A stretch of DNA of 64,000 nucleotides from Pseudomonadota bacterium (GTDB lineage Bacteria > Pseudomonadota > Gammaproteobacteria > Steroidobacterales > Steroidobacteraceae): positions 36,352-100,351 of the forward strand of contig JAKARC010000002.1 in assembly GCA_021822385.1 (NCBI GenBank). Direction: 5' to 3'. Positions 1 through 8,614 of the stretch are shown here, in pieces. Each line of letters begins with the position of its first letter. The first letter of the stretch is position 1. A program made the position numbers and the translations under genes. The notes beneath the pieces are model-generated. The model ran no database searches and had not been told where the DNA came from. It saw only the letters and a program-made list of their open reading frames with translations.

Positions 1-762
1 GAAGGCGTGCACTCGGGGATGGCGAGCGGCATCGCACCGAACCCGTTCCGCATCGCGCAGGCACTGCTCGCGCGGCTGGAGGATCCGCGCGACGGCACGC
101 TGCGGCCCGAGACCCTCGCGGTAACCATTCCGGCGGACCGGCTTGCGCAAATGCGCATCGCGGCCGCTGTGCTCGGCGAAGCCGTCGCCGGCAAGCTGCC
201 CTGGGCCGAGGGTGTCCGTCCCGTCAGCGACGATCCGGCGGAACTGCTGCTCAACAGCACCTGGAAGGCGACCCTTGCGGTCACCGGCGCCGATGGCCTG
301 CCGCCATCGCTCTCGGCCGGAAACGTGCTGGTGCCGGCGCTGACACTCAAATTATCCCTGCGCCTGCCACCGACGTGTGATCCTCAGCGCGCCGCGCGCT
401 CGATACAGGAACTGCTCGAACGAGACCCGCCCTACGGCGCGCAGGTGCACTTCAATCCGGGCACGCCGAGCGCGGGCTGGAACGCGCCCGCCTTCGCGCC
501 GTGGCTCGCGCAGGCGCTCGAGAGCGCATCGCAGCAGATCTTCGGCCGCAGCGCCGTGCATGTCGGAAGTGGCGGGACCATTCCGTTCATGGCCATGCTC
601 GGGCAGCGGTTTCCAAGCGCCCAATTTTTCATCACCGGTGTGCTTGGCCCGCAGTCGAACGCCCACGGTCCGAACGAGTTTCTGCACCTCGAGTACGCCG
701 CACAGCTCACCGCCTGCGTTGCGCTGGTGCTCGCCGAGCACGGGCGTACCGTGGGCGAGTGA
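1..762 (+). CDS. M20/M25/M40-family metallohydrolase (peptidase/deacylase), C-terminal part; the 5' end lies outside the window
   Basis: The frame is open from nt 1; the ORF-track start at 7 is an internal GTG. The C-terminal segment GSGGTIPFMAMLG...GPQSNAHGPNEFLHLEY resembles M20-family C-termini. Third codon positions are strongly G/C-biased. Confidence 0.6.
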   Translation, partial: EGVHSGMASGIAPNPFRIAQALLARLEDPRDGTLRPETLAVTIPADRLAQMRIAAAVLGEAVAGKLPWAEGVRPVSDDPAELLLNSTWKATLAVTGADGLPPSLSAGNVLVPALTLKLSLRLPPTCDPQRAARSIQELLERDPPYGAQVHFNPGTPSAGWNAPAFAPWLAQALESASQQIFGRSAVHVGSGGTIPFMAMLGQRFPSAQFFITGVLGPQSNAHGPNEFLHLEYAAQLTACVALVLAEHGRTVGE

Positions 763-786
763 CCCCCCCGGACAAGCCGCGACATT

Positions 787-1386
787 TCAGCGCATGTGCC
801 GCATCGTGCTCGGCCGCACCGCCGCGCGCAGCCGCTCCCACGCCTCGCGATACTGCGCAAGCGCGGCTGCCTGTGCGTCTTCGGTTTCAAGCGGCGGAAA
901 CTGCACCGCGAGCGCATCGAGGGTCAGCGCCCACTTGGGCAACCCCTTCGGAAACTGACACTTGCGGACGAACACCACCCGCCCCTCGATCGGGACATCA
1001 CCCGCAATGGCCTTGACTGCCGCGATCCGATCGTACAGGCCGCTTTGCGGATTGACGAAAGTCATGCGCTGCGCGCCGTCGATCACGGTCCACTCGGCCA
1101 TCTGATCACCACCGAAGATATTGCCCTGCACTTCCCGAACATCGACGATCAGAATGCCGTGTCCGCTGAATAACAGAAAATCAACATGAAAGCCCCCGCC
1201 CATGCCATCGGGCACCAGCGCATCGATCATGTGCTCGGTGCCGACCGCCGTGACCGCCCGCTGCAGTTTCATGCGGGCGCGCCGGCGACGCCGCCAGCGG
1301 ATGAACAACACGAGCGCCACGATCAGCGCCACCGCGATGACGAACAACATCCAGGGCAACAGCGCCCGCAACAGCAGCGCACTCAT
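787..1386 (-). CDS. NERD-domain protein with an N-terminal membrane anchor
   Basis: 199 aa. It has a TM helix (LLPWMLFVIAVALIVALVLFI) followed by RRRRRAR, then a NERD-like core (GGFHVDFLLFSGHGILIVDVREVQGNIFGGDQMAEWTV). Its ATG overlaps the thrC stop (ATGA at 1383-1386). Confidence 0.65.
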   Translation of the reverse strand: MSALLLRALLPWMLFVIAVALIVALVLFIRWRRRRRARMKLQRAVTAVGTEHMIDALVPDGMGGGFHVDFLLFSGHGILIVDVREVQGNIFGGDQMAEWTVIDGAQRMTFVNPQSGLYDRIAAVKAIAGDVPIEGRVVFVRKCQFPKGLPKWALTLDALAVQFPPLETEDAQAAALAQYREAWERLRAAVRPSTMRHMR

Positions 1387-2705
1387 TTGCTGGTCTCGTC
1401 GGCCGACTCCGTCAGTGCGCGACGCAACGCCCCGAGATCGGCATCGATCTCGCGAAAGGCGCTTGCGCGCGCAAACAGCTGTGCAAGCGCCGGCGGCATC
1501 GGCACTTCGTGTCCGATCAGCGGCGCGACAATCTCGCGGAATTTGGCCGGATGCGCGGTCGCAACCAATACCCAGCGGCCCGAGCGGCGCTGCGCCTCAC
1601 TCAGGCGCGCATAGGCCTCGGCCGCAACTGCCGTATGCGGGCACCAGATCCTCCCAAAACGCCGATAATCGCTACGGATACGCGTGCGAATTGCCTCATC
1701 ATCAACACTGCATGCGCTCACGGCCGCGCGCAGCTGCGCGGAGTCCGGATACAGCGCCCGTAATCGCTCCATGTTGCTCGGGTCGCCGACATCCATCGCC
1801 GAGGCGAGCGTGGCGATGCTCGGACGCGGCCGCCACGATCCACCCGCAAGAAACTCCGGCACCGTGGAATTGGCGTTGTGCGCCAGCAGGATCTGTCCAA
1901 TCGGCAGACCGAGTCGGCGTGCCCAGATGCATGCCACCGCATTGCCGAGATTGCCGCTCGGTATGATGAAGGAAACCGGGTCGCCGTGCACTCCGGCGAG
2001 CGCAAGCGCGGTCGCGGCGTAGTACACCGTCTGCGGCAGCAGCCGTCCGAGATTGATGCTGTTGGCCGAAGACAGATCGCGTGCCTGGCGCAGCGGCGCA
2101 TCAAGAAACAGCTGTTTGACGAGGCGCTGACAGTCATCAAAAGTGCCGCGCACCGCGAACGTGCGCACGTTCCCGCCCCAGCAGGTCAATTGCTGCTGTT
2201 GCGTGGGCGAAACTCTGCCCTTGGGGAACAGCACCACCACGTCGATCCCGGGGCGCTCGTGAAATGCAGCCGCAACCGCGCCGCCGGTGTCCCCGGAGGT
2301 GGCCACCAGAATGGTCAGCGGGCGCGTACGCCGCACGGGCATGCGCGTCAGACACGCAGCGAGAAAACGCGCGCCGAAGTCCTTGAATGCCGCCGTCGGG
2401 CCGTGAAAGAGCTCGAGCACGGCAAGCCGACCGGGATCGAGTTCGATCACCGGGGCCGGAAAGCTGAACGCTTCGGCACAAATCTCGCGAAGCGCCGCTG
2501 CCAGCGCATCTCCGGCGGCAAAGGGCGCGATCAGCTGGGCCGCGAGCGCTGCCAGATCTGATGCCGGCAGATCCTGCGGCGCGATCATGGGCCAGTGCTG
2601 CGGCTGGTACAGACCGCCATCCGGCGCAAGACCGCGCACCAACGCTTCCCCGAAGCTCGCCGTGACCGCGGTGTCACGCGTACTTTGAAATCGAATCCCC
2701 GTCAT
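1383..2705 (-). CDS. thrC: threonine synthase
   Basis: 440 aa. It contains the PLP-lysine region HGPTAAFKDFGARFLA and matches the threonine synthase family along its full length. It follows thrB after a 12-nt gap. Confidence 0.93.
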   Translation of the reverse strand: MTGIRFQSTRDTAVTASFGEALVRGLAPDGGLYQPQHWPMIAPQDLPASDLAALAAQLIAPFAAGDALAAALREICAEAFSFPAPVIELDPGRLAVLELFHGPTAAFKDFGARFLAACLTRMPVRRTRPLTILVATSGDTGGAVAAAFHERPGIDVVVLFPKGRVSPTQQQQLTCWGGNVRTFAVRGTFDDCQRLVKQLFLDAPLRQARDLSSANSINLGRLLPQTVYYAATALALAGVHGDPVSFIIPSGNLGNAVACIWARRLGLPIGQILLAHNANSTVPEFLAGGSWRPRPSIATLASAMDVGDPSNMERLRALYPDSAQLRAAVSACSVDDEAIRTRIRSDYRRFGRIWCPHTAVAAEAYARLSEAQRRSGRWVLVATAHPAKFREIVAPLIGHEVPMPPALAQLFARASAFREIDADLGALRRALTESADETSK

Positions 2706-2717
2706 CCTGCCGGCACC

Positions 2718-3659
2718 TTACCCGCTTGCCACCACGCGCGCACCCCGTGGGTGCATGTCCACTACCCACTCATCGAAAGCGGTGCCGTCCCGGATGAACG
2801 GTGCGCGCATTGCCGCAAGCACCGCGGGTGCCTGCGTCGCGAGTGCCCACGCGAACAAGGATGGCCCTGCCCCTGAGATCGAGCACCCGAGCGCGCCGGC
2901 GGCCATCGCCGCGGAGCGCACCGCGGCAAATCCCGGAATCAACGCCTGACGTTGCGGCTCGATTACCACGTCCTCGAACGAGGCGCGGATCATCTCCAAA
3001 TCGTTGGTGTAACAGCCGGAGATGAATCCGGCGAGATTGGCCGTCTGCCACACAAAATCCGACAGCGTCACCTCGCGCCTCAGCATGGCCCGGGCCTCCC
3101 GGGTGGCCAGAAATCTATGCGGGTGCACGATGACGGCGCGCACGCCCTCGGGAACCGGCAACTGCTTGACGCGAGGCTGATCGATGCCCACGGTGAGAAC
3201 CAAGCCCCCAAACAGCGACGGCGAGATGTTATCCACATGCAGCGAGCCGCTCGCCACCGCCTCGCCCTGCATGGCGAAGGTAAGCAGGCGCGCCCGATCG
3301 TAGGGCTCCCCAAGCAACGCATTGGCCGCAACCACTGCCCCGACGGCCGAGGCCGCCGAACCGCCGAGGCCTGAACCGAGCGGGATACCCTTATCGATGA
3401 GCATTTCGAGTCCGCAGTCCGGTTCCAGCGCCTCATACAACGCGAGCAACGCCCGTCCTGCGGTATTGGCCTTCGGATCGGTCGGCAGGTCTCCGGCAAC
3501 GCCCCTCACCGCACAGATACGCACACCGGGTTGCTCGACGCGAGTGACGGTCACCGTGTCGCCGAGCGCCTCGACAGCGAAGCCGAGGATATCAAAACCA
3601 ATGGCAACGTTGCCAACAGACGCCGGCGCGAACGCCCGCACCCACCGCAGTGCGCTCAT
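2718..3659 (-). CDS. thrB: homoserine kinase
   Basis: 313 aa GHMP kinase with the motif GIPLGSGLGGSAASAV. Its ATG overlaps the thrA stop (ATGA at 3656-3659). Confidence 0.92.
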   Translation of the reverse strand: MSALRWVRAFAPASVGNVAIGFDILGFAVEALGDTVTVTRVEQPGVRICAVRGVAGDLPTDPKANTAGRALLALYEALEPDCGLEMLIDKGIPLGSGLGGSAASAVGAVVAANALLGEPYDRARLLTFAMQGEAVASGSLHVDNISPSLFGGLVLTVGIDQPRVKQLPVPEGVRAVIVHPHRFLATREARAMLRREVTLSDFVWQTANLAGFISGCYTNDLEMIRASFEDVVIEPQRQALIPGFAAVRSAAMAAGALGCSISGAGPSLFAWALATQAPAVLAAMRAPFIRDGTAFDEWVVDMHPRGARVVASG

Positions 3660-6139
3660 AGCCGCGCTCCCAGGTACGCCGAGAGACGCAGCAAATCGGC
3701 AAACACACCCCCCGCGGTCACTTCCGGTCCTGCGCCCGGACCCTGCACGATCAACGGATTATCCCGATAGCGGCGGGTCGCAAAACGAACCACGTTGTCA
3801 GTGAGGGCAATGTTGGCAAAGGGGTGCCGAGTGTCAAGCTCGGCCAGCCCGACGGTCGCGTGACCATCGGCCTGCAGCCGCCCGAGGTAGCGCAGAACCT
3901 TGCCTTTGGCTCGCGCCTGCTCGAAGCGCTCGTGCATGCTGGCGTCCGAGTCCGGCAGACGCGCCATGAATTCCTCGATCGAACCATGCTCAAGCCCGGC
4001 AGGCACCAGACTCTCGAGACACACATCTGCCAGCTCAAGTCCCAGCCCCATCTCACGCCCCAGGATGATCAGCTTGCGTGCCACGTCCATCCCCGAGAGG
4101 TCCTCGCGCGGATCCGGCTCGGTAAAACCGCGCTGACGCGCCTCGCGCACGATATCCGAGAATGCCGTGCTGCCATCGTAAATATTGAAGAGATAGGCGA
4201 GCGTACCGGAGAAGATGCCCTCGATCTGCGTGACCTCGTCGCCGGTCTCACGCAGATCGCGCAGCGTGTGCACCACCGGCAGTCCGGCTCCCACCGTGGC
4301 CTCGTATAGGAAGTGTGCGCCGCCGGCGCGTCGGGCCGCCTGCAGCTCGCGGTAATAGGACAAAGCCGCGCTGTTGGCCTTCTTGTTCGGCGTGATCACA
4401 TGGATACCCGCGCGCAGCCACTCGGCATAGCGGGCGGCAATCTCTTCACTCGCGGTGCAGTCGATGATCACGGTGTGCGGCAGGTAATCGACGTGCACGT
4501 GCTCGATGAAGCGCGCGAGGTCCCCGCGCTGCTCACTTGCCGCAAACTGTTCCTGCCAGTTGCGCAGGTCGAGATCGGTCTCGGCGAGCACCATGCGGCG
4601 TGACCCCAGAATGCCGCGCACGCGTAAATCGAGATTGAACTGCTCGCGTAAACGTTCGCGTTGCGAGGCGATCTGATCAAGCAGCACACGACCCACAGTG
4701 CCCGGCCCGATCAGACCGACCGACAGCGTGTGCGGCGACAGGTACAGCCCGGCATGCGCTGCACGCAGCGCACGCGTGGCCGAGCGGCCCTCGATCACCA
4801 CGGAAATATTGCGCTCCGAGGCGCCCTGAGCAATGGCCCGCACGTTGACGCCGGCGGTACCGAGGGCGTTGAACACCTTGGCGGCAACCCCGGGCGTACC
4901 GGCCATGCCATCGCCCACGACCGCAAGAATCGCCAGATCGGTATCGATCTCGACGCTCTGGATATGTCCTTCGATGAGTTCGCGCTCGAAGGCGTGGCGG
5001 ATCACCTGCGCCGCCCGCTCACCCTCGCGCTGCGGAATGGCGCAGCAGATCGAATGCTCGGAGCTGCCCTGGGAGATCAGGATCACCGAGATCCCCTCCT
5101 CGCGCAGCGCGCCAAAGAGCCGGTGCGCCGTGCCCGGCACTCCGATCATGCCCGCACCCTCGAGGTTGACCAGCGCGACCTGCTCGATGCTGGTGATACC
5201 CTTGACCGGCAGGCGCGAGTTCGGGTGGGCGCAGATCAGCGTTCCAGGCTTCTGCGGTGCGAAAGTATTGCGGATCCAGATGGGTATGCCGTCGCCCACC
5301 GCCGGCGCCATGGTCTGGGGATGCAGAACCTTGGCACCAAAGTACGCGAGCTCCATCGCTTCACTGTAGGAGAGTGAATCGATCACGGTGGCATCGGGCA
5401 CCCGGCGCGGATCGGCCGACAGCACCCCGTCGACATCGGTCCAGATATAGATCTCGCCGGCCGCGAGCAGGGCGGCGAAGATCGAAGCTGAAAAATCGCT
5501 CCCATTGCGCCCGAGCGTGGTCTGCACCCCCCGCCGGTCGGCGGCGATGAAGCCCGTGATGACCAAAGTTCCCTTGAAATCCGCATCCACCAGATCGGCC
5601 AGCTGCCGGCGCGAGGCATCCCATTGCACCGCCGGCCCGAGCGGCCCCCACTCGACCACCACGACTCGGCGTGCATCGAGCCATTGCACCGGTCCGCGTC
5701 GCGGCACTCGGGCCTCGAGATAGCGGTAAAAGAGCTTCGTCGACCAGATCTCCCCATACCCGGCGATCAAGTCACGCACATTCGCCGCCGCGGCCCGCGT
5801 GAGCTTCACGGTCTGCAGGATGCCCTCCAGATCGCGGCAGTCCCGCTCCAGCCCGGCGCTGTATAGCCGTACCCCATCGGGCGGCAGCAACGCGGCGGCC
5901 ATCGCCGTATGCCGTTCGCGCAGTGCCATGATCTGGCTGCGATAGCGCTCATCCTGCGCCTCGGCGAGACTGATCAGTTCGAGCAGCGCATCGGTAACCC
6001 CTTTGCAGGCCGAGAGCACGACGCCGAGACGTTCCGCCGGCGCGGCCTCGAGGATGCTCGCGACGCGCTCGAAGCACGCCGCGTCGGCGACACTCGAACC
6101 ACCGAACTTGTGCACGATCCAGGGAGCGGAATTCGACAT
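3656..6139 (-). CDS. thrA: bifunctional aspartokinase / homoserine dehydrogenase
   Basis: 827 aa from the ATG at 6137-6139 (MSNSAPWIVHKFGGSSV, an aspartokinase N-terminus). The C-terminal half is homoserine dehydrogenase (GLIGPGTVG, GAGPEVTAGGV). The ORF track runs on to 6424, but those extra 95 codons have no family resemblance. Confidence 0.93.
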   Translation of the reverse strand: MSNSAPWIVHKFGGSSVADAACFERVASILEAAPAERLGVVLSACKGVTDALLELISLAEAQDERYRSQIMALRERHTAMAAALLPPDGVRLYSAGLERDCRDLEGILQTVKLTRAAAANVRDLIAGYGEIWSTKLFYRYLEARVPRRGPVQWLDARRVVVVEWGPLGPAVQWDASRRQLADLVDADFKGTLVITGFIAADRRGVQTTLGRNGSDFSASIFAALLAAGEIYIWTDVDGVLSADPRRVPDATVIDSLSYSEAMELAYFGAKVLHPQTMAPAVGDGIPIWIRNTFAPQKPGTLICAHPNSRLPVKGITSIEQVALVNLEGAGMIGVPGTAHRLFGALREEGISVILISQGSSEHSICCAIPQREGERAAQVIRHAFERELIEGHIQSVEIDTDLAILAVVGDGMAGTPGVAAKVFNALGTAGVNVRAIAQGASERNISVVIEGRSATRALRAAHAGLYLSPHTLSVGLIGPGTVGRVLLDQIASQRERLREQFNLDLRVRGILGSRRMVLAETDLDLRNWQEQFAASEQRGDLARFIEHVHVDYLPHTVIIDCTASEEIAARYAEWLRAGIHVITPNKKANSAALSYYRELQAARRAGGAHFLYEATVGAGLPVVHTLRDLRETGDEVTQIEGIFSGTLAYLFNIYDGSTAFSDIVREARQRGFTEPDPREDLSGMDVARKLIILGREMGLGLELADVCLESLVPAGLEHGSIEEFMARLPDSDASMHERFEQARAKGKVLRYLGRLQADGHATVGLAELDTRHPFANIALTDNVVRFATRRYRDNPLIVQGPGAGPEVTAGGVFADLLRLSAYLGARL

Positions 6140-6287
6140 GGGATGGCAGACCACCTGAGAGGAAAGCCGTGCGACTCTACTTATGCGCACCTGAGCGCGC
6201 AATGGATCTCGGCGAAGACTGTGCGGCTGCGCTCTTCGAACCACCGCATCGAGGGGTCGAGCGCGGGAGGGGTTAAAATAACCGACG

Positions 6288-6845
6288 ATGAACGAAACCG
6301 AAATCATCCGCCGGCAGCTCGCCACCGAGCGGATGCACGCTGCCCAGGTGGCCAATGCATGCACGCGCGTGTTCGGCGCCGTCGGCGGCTCGACGCACGC
6401 CGCGTTTCGCGAGGCCAGCATCAACTACCTGGTCTGGGTGCTCAGCCGCTTCGAGCAGCGCGACCAGCTACTCGCCGAACGTATTGCGCACCGCGTCGGG
6501 ATACCGGAGCACACTGCCGCGACCGCGACGCTCCACGCCCTCGCCGCCCTCGCCGCCCGCCCCGGCACCAGCCGCCAAGCTTTGATCCTCCTCGAGACTG
6601 CGCTCGCTGCGCCGCAAGAGGCGGCACCGGCGGCCTGGCAGGCGTTCGCGCACTACTTCAACACCACCTGGTACGAGCGACGCGAAGCTCTTGAGAATCA
6701 ACTCGCCCAGCTGCGACGTCTCCCCGAATGGCGAGCGCTGTGCGCCATCGACGCCGACTCCATTCTGGAGGAGCGCACCCGCTATGCCCACGTGGCCGCA
6801 CACCTGCCGGCAGGCGTCACTCTGATCGGCGCCCCACGACCCTGA
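6288..6845 (+). CDS. hypothetical protein (185 aa, soluble; amino-acid composition suggests mostly helical)
   Basis: The ORF has good G/C third-position bias and is divergent from thrA. I recognise no motif. No clear Shine-Dalgarno sequence is present. Confidence 0.5.
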   Translation: MNETEIIRRQLATERMHAAQVANACTRVFGAVGGSTHAAFREASINYLVWVLSRFEQRDQLLAERIAHRVGIPEHTAATATLHALAALAARPGTSRQALILLETALAAPQEAAPAAWQAFAHYFNTTWYERREALENQLAQLRRLPEWRALCAIDADSILEERTRYAHVAAHLPAGVTLIGAPRP

Positions 6846-6860
6846 GCGCTGCGGTCATCC

Positions 6861-7247
6861 TCAGCACCGTCCCGATCCCCTGCCGGCATCGGGATGCGGG
6901 AAGTGATCGGTTTCGTCCTCGCCGGGACGCGGCACCAGGCAGGCGAAATCCTTCTCGAACGTCAAGGACAACGTTCCGCCCGGCACGACACACTCCGCGC
7001 TCACCGTAACCTGATCGGTATCGCACCAGCCTCTGACGTGCGCCTCAGGAAGTACAAATTCAATACAATTGTCGCTATATGTAACTGATATATCTCCAGT
7101 TTCATTACTAGCGCTCAGGCGATACACCAGTGCCGCGCCCCCCGGGAACTCCGTCCGAGACTCGACTCGACCCTCGTGCGCCAGCGTTCGCATCTCCCCC
7201 TGCGTCAGCCGTAAACGCAGAGCGTTACCCTTGATTCTCAATTTCAT
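6861..7247 (-). CDS. conserved small protein of unknown function (DUF-type; N-terminus MKLRIKGNALRLRLTQGEM)
   Basis: 128 aa, starting 4 nt after the citE-like stop, so it is probably co-transcribed. From memory the N-terminal pattern recurs in uncharacterised bacterial proteins. It contains the AT-rich codon patch listed separately. Confidence 0.6.
   Translation of the reverse strand: MKLRIKGNALRLRLTQGEMRTLAHEGRVESRTEFPGGAALVYRLSASNETGDISVTYSDNCIEFVLPEAHVRGWCDTDQVTVSAECVVPGGTLSLTFEKDFACLVPRPGEDETDHFPHPDAGRGSGRC
7047..7112. other. compositional anomaly: an AT-rich patch of 21 codons inside a GC-rich CDS
   Basis: nt 7051-7110 contain 17 G+C out of 60 (counted by hand). Of the 21 codons, 19 end in A or T, including a rare ATA. 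Near-identical motifs flank the patch: GCGCCTCAGG (7040-7049) and GCGCTCAGG (7111-7119). Confidence 0.9.
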
Positions 7248-7250
7248 ACG

Positions 7251-8168
7251 CTACTCTCCCGGCTCGACGCCCGCCTGCCTGAGAATGCGCTGCGCGAGTC
7301 TGCGGTGCGGCTGATCGAGCATCCGCCCCTCGAACGAGGTCACCCCTGCCTCGGGTGCCGCTGCAAAGGCGGCGAGCACGCCGCGGGCCCACTCGAGCTC
7401 CGCCGTACTTGGCGCAAAAGCCGCATGAATCAGTGGGATCTGGTCGGGATGAATGGCAAGTTTGCCCGTGAACCCATCCGCGCGCGCCTGCTCGGTCTCG
7501 CGGCGCAGTCCGTCAGCATCCCGATATTCGACGAAGACGGTGTCGAGAGCCGCAACACCCATCGCCGCGGCCACGAGCAGGCACGTGGTTCGCGCCTGCT
7601 CGAACACCGGGCGTAGCGCGCCGTCCGGTCCGCGCTGGACGCGCGCGCCGAGCGTCGCGGACAGATCCTCCATTCCCCAGGTCAGTCCGACCACCCGGCG
7701 TGCCGATGCGCAGTGCTCGGCGGCCGCCTGCGGGTACTGGCTGAGCGAGAGCAGCCCGGTGGGTGTCTCCGTGCCGATGACGATCAGCCGCGTCGAGCCG
7801 ATTTGCAGTCCATGACCGGCCTCGATCGCCTCGAGCGTCAGCGCAATGTGCTCAAGATCGGCGTAGCGGTCGATTTTGGGCAGCACCAACCCGGCCGGCC
7901 GCCCGGGCAGTACCGCGGTCACATCCTCGTACAGCCGACCGCTCGAGAGCGCATTGACCCGCACCCACAGCTCGGCAGGCGCAGCCGCACTCTCGGCTTG
8001 CAGGAACTCGAGAACCTGGGCGCGTGCGGCGCCGAGGCGGCCCGGCTCAACAGAGTCCTCGAGATCGATGATCAACGCGTCAGCGCCACAGCCGAGTGCG
8101 CGGGCAAGCTTGCGCTCGTTGTCGCCCGGCACGAACAGCAGTGAGCGCAGCATGCGCCCGCCGTTCAT
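7251..8168 (-). CDS. HpcH/HpaI aldolase / citrate-lyase beta-subunit (CitE) family CoA-ester lyase
   Basis: LRSLLFVPGDNERKLARALGCGADALIIDLEDSV is a CitE-type N-terminal signature. The ATG at 8168 gives an ATGA overlap with the MaoC-like stop. Alternative starts are GTG 8204 and ATG 8153. Confidence 0.85.
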   Translation of the reverse strand: MNGGRMLRSLLFVPGDNERKLARALGCGADALIIDLEDSVEPGRLGAARAQVLEFLQAESAAAPAELWVRVNALSSGRLYEDVTAVLPGRPAGLVLPKIDRYADLEHIALTLEAIEAGHGLQIGSTRLIVIGTETPTGLLSLSQYPQAAAEHCASARRVVGLTWGMEDLSATLGARVQRGPDGALRPVFEQARTTCLLVAAAMGVAALDTVFVEYRDADGLRRETEQARADGFTGKLAIHPDQIPLIHAAFAPSTAELEWARGVLAAFAAAPEAGVTSFEGRMLDQPHRRLAQRILRQAGVEPGE

Positions 8169-8614
8169 GCGGGCCGCTTCAGCATCAGGGCCGCGCGGCG
8201 GCACGAAGCGACCTCCTCGTCACGTTGGTTGTAGGCGCGGTGATCGAACACGACGATGCCCGAATCCGCCCGCGAGCGGCTCGGACGCAGCGAATGCACG
8301 CAGGTCACCGCGCGCAGCGTGTCGCCAACACGCACCGGGTGCGGGAACTTCACCTCATCCCAGCCGAGATTGCCGATCGTCGTGCCAAACGTGGTGTCAT
8401 AGACCGACAGGCCCACCAGCAAGCCCAGGGTGAACACACTGTTGACGATGCGTTCGCCAAAAGGCGTGTCGCGGCAATACTCGGCATCGAGGTGAATAGC
8501 CGCTGGATTCATTGTCAAGGCGCAAAAAAGCAGATTGTCCGTCTCGGTAACCGTGCGGCGGACCTGATGCTCGAAGCGCTGACCGACGCTGAACTCCTCG
8601 AAGTACAGTCCCAT
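8165..8614 (-). CDS. MaoC-family (R-specific enoyl-CoA hydratase-like) dehydratase
   Basis: 149 aa from MGLYFEEFSVGQRFEH, a hot-dog-fold MaoC pattern. A good SD (GAGGGA) lies 5 nt upstream of the ATG at 8614. Confidence 0.8.
   Translation of the reverse strand: MGLYFEEFSVGQRFEHQVRRTVTETDNLLFCALTMNPAAIHLDAEYCRDTPFGERIVNSVFTLGLLVGLSVYDTTFGTTIGNLGWDEVKFPHPVRVGDTLRAVTCVHSLRPSRSRADSGIVVFDHRAYNQRDEEVASCRRAALMLKRPA

Noticed and set aside
6140-6424. The 5' extension of the thrA ORF, and a search for an enteric-type thr leader peptide or attenuator upstream of thrA.
   Set aside because: The aspartokinase N-terminus starts at ATG 6139, and the upstream 95 codons have no similarity. The only small upstream ORF (MRWFEERSRTVFAEIHCALRCA) has one Thr and one Ile, and no terminator hairpin with a U-run follows it. 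There is no evidence for a Thr/Ile attenuator.
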